64,000 bases of DNA. Source: Eledone cirrhosa. Taxonomy: Eukaryota. This document shows, one piece after another, positions 58,320 through 64,000 of the stretch. Made by a program: the position numbers and the translations under genes. Each line of letters opens with the position of its first letter. The stretch's first letter is position 1. Where the stretch lies: positions 16,120,001-16,184,000 of the forward strand of contig OZ024747.1 in NCBI GenBank assembly GCA_964016885.1. The letters run 5' to 3'. Under the pieces are notes generated by a model, which had not been told where the DNA came from, searched no databases, and was given only the letters and a program-made list of their open reading frames with translations.

Positions 58320-58726
58320 GGGACAGATAAATCCACCAATTAATGGTAGGGTCCAAGCCGTATGTAGAACTCAATGTAATGCGTATGTAGAAGATGTCGT
58401 GAAGCAAAGTTTAAAATACACATTTTTCATGATCGTTTCCGGGGGGTAGTTGTCAGTATGTTCATTCTATTAGTGACTTATGTAAAATATATTACAAATT
58501 ATCAAAGTAAGAAAATATACATACGTCCTCCCTACCCGCCGTCTTCAGAAATAATTATTTCTGAAGACGTATGTATATCTTCTTACTTTGATAATTTGTA
58601 ATATATTTTACATAGGTCACTAATAGAATGAACATACTGAGATCTACCCCCAGAAACGATGGTAAAATAATGAGTTTTACAATGAATTACCCGTATTTTG
58701 TTTAATTTCAATGTTTTCACTAATTG

Positions 58727-58730
<4 letters not shown>
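58320..58730 (-). mobile_element. Family D-like fold-back element; HHR 58554-58671 (+) and mirror copy on minus
   Basis: Centre cagaaataa|ttatttctg; attattt-CTGAAGA-long stem II-GAAA-cgatgg-TA-aaataat; tail similar to 35070-35130. Confidence 0.8.
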
Positions 58731-59240
<510 letters not shown>

Positions 59241-61353
59241 TATATATATATATGTGTGTGCATTTGTGGTTGTGTCTGTGTGCATGCATTTGTGAACGCG
59301 TGTGTGATTGTATGAATTTGTGGTGGGTGTTTGTACTTATGTTTGTGTGTGTGTATGTTACTTGATTGAATTAAATAAATCTTGGTAGGAAATATTAACA
59401 ATTGGTAACAAACATAATCTAAGTGATTGCTGCAGAAAATATGTTTAAAAAATGGCAGTCAATAAGAGAATAGCAAACTTGTTGACAGTTATGTTTTCTT
59501 TTTATTAAAATTATTCTCTTATCAATAGTAGAGCTAAAATATACAAAAAGAATTGAATCAGGAACTGTCAAAAATAAAAAATGAAACAGAAAAATGACTT
59601 GTGCAATAGATTAGGTTCTCTCTCTGACTAAAAGTTCAACGAAAGATTATTATCTTTATTTTACCAAAATATATGAGTTTTTTCATCTCTGATTTCTGTT
59701 ATTGATTGGTCAGCATCTCCTGGATATTTAGTATGTTGAATTTCAATATGTAATTAAACGAAAGAGGTCAAATACCTCCTCTTGTATAATTAGATATTGC
59801 CCTCTCTGTGACAGTGGATTCTCAACTGTGACAGTTTCTATTTTTAATACTGTTGCCTTTAATTTTTCACAGGACGATAAAATAAAGTACCAATCAAGCA
59901 CTGGAGTCAATATAATCGGGTTTCCCCATTTCATAAGTTGCTGCTCATGATTTATAATAATTAGTTCACGTTCATATCCATTACAGAATAACGTTGGCCG
60001 AAACGAGTTAACAAAACTACGGAATTTTCTAAGCTCAAATGTTAAAATACATATTATACAATACTACTTCATGACGGACTCAAGGAATATTTTTGTTATA
60101 AGTAATATTGTATTTCTACTTGTTTGTTCAAATCAGGTTAGGATTGCTTTTTATTTATACCTTTTTTGAAATTGAGATGAATCATTTTTGTACCGAGGAA
60201 ACTCAGTTGGCCTACCAAAAAATGTATTCCCTTGTGCTAACGTTAAAAATCAATATATAAATTAAAGCCTATCTTTCTTAGCTTGTGTGATATAAAAGAT
60301 AAGGACAACCTATTGGGATTTGAATTCTGAAAGTAGGTTATTTTCTACTACAATGAACCTGAATGCATGAGTGCTGTTATGTTTGATATTCTGTGTTACT
60401 GAGTACTTCACTAGCTATTGAATTAAATTAGTGTGCACTAATTAGCCAGTAGATCACTGAAGAATCGTGATAAGCCTTTCCTCTTTTGGTTTATTTTTCT
60501 CTCTAAAGATCTTATATATCTAGGTAATAGATTATTCACGTGAAGCAAACACTAATAGGAATTATAAGAATAATCACTACAGAAATATAATAAAATCTCT
60601 TTACCAGACATAGCTTCAAATTTGTAATTACTTTACTGATAAAGCGTATTCCATTTCTATTATTCTCTGTGCATATATTACATAAGAAAAGTACAGCAAA
60701 TCTATAATAATTTACTGTTTCATCATAATGTATCTGTGAATTGCATTCTTACCGTCTGTCTCTGAAACCGTAGATAGCAATGTGTACCTAAACATTTAAA
60801 ATACGTAAAATAATAAATAGGAACTTTTAAGAAGTACGTCATACGATTAGGTATAAACTCAATATCATATAAATTAAATATACTACATGACCTCTTGTAA
60901 ACCATCACTTCCTGATGTATCTGTTTAATAACACTCTGTCTTTCACAAGTTATATCAAGCTACAATTGTTTTTGTTGCCCTTGTTATTATATGGGGCATA
61001 TAGTTGATGTTTATGTTCTTGTTACTATGGGTTGTAACTCCGACCTAAAGTGCTGATAAGGTGGATTTAATTGAACATTTATGTTATTCGATTCATATCA
61101 ATATATAAAACTTACTTGAATGACACATCGATGCTACATACAGTGCTAATATTGTTGGCTTTAGGTTAAATTAGAACGATAATATAAAAGATAAGAATTT
61201 TCAAAAGATCAATTGAGTCAAATTATTTGAACCACGTACCTAGTGCTAATTTTCCTACAGCACATTGTCGTGGCAATGTATAGATGGTTAATAGTTTATA
61301 TGAAGATTATCGCCTAGCGTCAAGACACATCAAGTCTTTTGATCAGTGAGGCG

Positions 61354-61494
<141 letters not shown>

Positions 61495-61572
61495 GTAATA
61501 ATAATACATTTGAAGACTAAAATCCAAAGAGGCCTCGATAAGGATAAATATATATCAAATATATAAGAACCG
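61495..61572 (-). mobile_element. Family E tail-only insertion
   Basis: Matches 860-938. Confidence 0.8.
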
Positions 61573-61657
61573 TGTGTGCGCGCGTTATATACCTATTTAT
61601 GTGTGTATTTCTTTATATACGTTTATATAATTATATGTATACACGCACACACACGCA

Positions 61658-61705
<48 letters not shown>

Positions 61706-62884
61706 CGTGTAATTCGTGGAATTTGAGCGACTCTCCATATGTCTCTCGCTTTCTCAGTTCTCTTATTAATTAGAGCTTCTTTAATGAGTTTGTTTACTCT
61801 CCATGTATCAGGGCTTTATACCGTAACTCTTTCATCATGCGTACACATATAACACATTATCAACACTAAACCCAGACTCATTCACACCAACACCGTCTGA
61901 CTGAGTTTTCTACTTTTTTTCTTCATCATCTCTTTGAAATTGCATATCAACATTTCGACAGAAAAGCATCATTAATACTGTCTAATTAAAGAACATTAGA
62001 AACAACTTAAAACAAAAGCAAACTGCTGTTAACCTTGATTACAAAAAAAATAAATTTCCAATAAAAACATTCTTCCAGGTGTTATTGATATGGTATTGTG
62101 CAAAAAAAATATAGTAAATATTTTAAAATAAATCTATTATGGCAAGCGTACTATATCTTACAAGAATAGCGTCGTTGTTTTACATCTCTAGAATATTATT
62201 TTTTATTATAATGATATTGTTAAAGAATTGTATGAGAGATCTTCGGATTGCAACATTATAAGTTTGTTTTTGAGTGCTTTTGTCCCTGCCGTTGTTGTTA
62301 CTTTATCGGTTTTTCGTTTACTGTTGTAGATGCTGTCGAAACCATCGTAGCTGTTATTCTAATTGTTGTTTTGTAATAGTTGATATTTGTTTGCTGCTGC
62401 TGTTTATGTTATTACATAAAGTTTTACCGTTTCTGTTGTTGTAGATGTTGTTGCATTTATTACTGATATATTTATTCTTGGTAGTATTTCTGCTGTTTTT
62501 GTGACTAATGATGTTTCTGATTTTCACGTTGATGTTGTTATTCTCGTTTTCCACTATCAGCAATGCCCCGCCCCCCACACAACCACCACCACATCTCCAT
62601 TCACAATATCGAAATACCTAAAATTAGGTAATCTTGAGTTTGTTTTTCATTCATTGAATGATTGATTGTATGGGTGATTGATTATTTGTTTACTTCTTAG
62701 GTTGTTTGGCTGTCTCCATATTGTGTTTTCTTTTTCAATTCGATTTCGTTTTCATTTTCCAGTAACTACTGAAACTCTAGAGATTGAAATTTTATAACAA
62801 ATGACTCACTCCAAGATTAACCATCACAATAGGCATACACATATATATACACACACACATATAAACACACACCGAAACACACAT

Positions 62885-62944
<60 letters not shown>

Positions 62945-63401
62945 CAAATAGAGAACAAGTTTTGAAATAAATTTTAAAAAATTCGCTGTAATTACAATAT
63001 GTGCCTTTACCACGGTTTCATGCTCCAGAATACACGGAAAATCCAAGGGGATTTCCATTGAAAAGGGAGCAATCTTCAGAAGCAATCTTCAGAAGCAATC
63101 TTCAGAAGGCTTTTCTCCCTCGGAGAATATAACATTTCCGAGTTCAAATCACAAACTGATGCCATACAAAACCATTCCCAGATTAGAGCGGATGATGAAA
63201 GAAATAATTCTGTCTGGTGCCGTGTGCAAAGACAAAAGGCAGGGTGGACAGGTCCTGCCACTAGAAATAGCAGCAGTCCAAACGGCCAAAATGTTATCTC
63301 TACCTTAAGGTGAATATATATATGTATATATATAAATATATATATACGTATATATATATTATATATACATAAATAAATAAGTATATATATATATATATAT
63401 G

Positions 63402-63894
<493 letters not shown>

Positions 63895-64000
63895 AAAACA
63901 AACAGAAATAACATGCACACCACACAGTACAAGGAAAACATATATTATTAGTTTTACGCTTGATAGAGTAGAAAGAGAGTCTTAACGTTTTAGATGCTAG

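Overview
AT-rich, microsatellite-dense eukaryotic DNA, probably intergenic or intronic; no host protein-coding exon can be supported. The SINE family and repeat landscape look like an octopus/cephalopod genome (inference). Almost all supplied ORFs are simple-repeat artefacts. Supported content: two internally deleted Chapaev3-like DNA transposons; R4/Dong-like non-LTR retrotransposons in (TAA)n; many tRNA-derived SINEs; two different Penelope-like (PLE) GIY-YIG fragments, one not in the ORF track. The main signal is about 20 short elements from roughly nine unrelated sequence families sitting in (TA)n tracts. Many share one layout: a fold-back inverted arm, a terminal repeat carrying a type I hammerhead ribozyme (HHR) motif, and a one-sided 3' tail. 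The HHRs include canonical CUGANGA cores, compensatory U3-A8 cores, a conserved U4A core and versions with a greatly expanded stem II. One copy (33055-35047) links this layout to an open PLE endonuclease frame. All motif calls were made by eye, and family letters A-I are my own labels.
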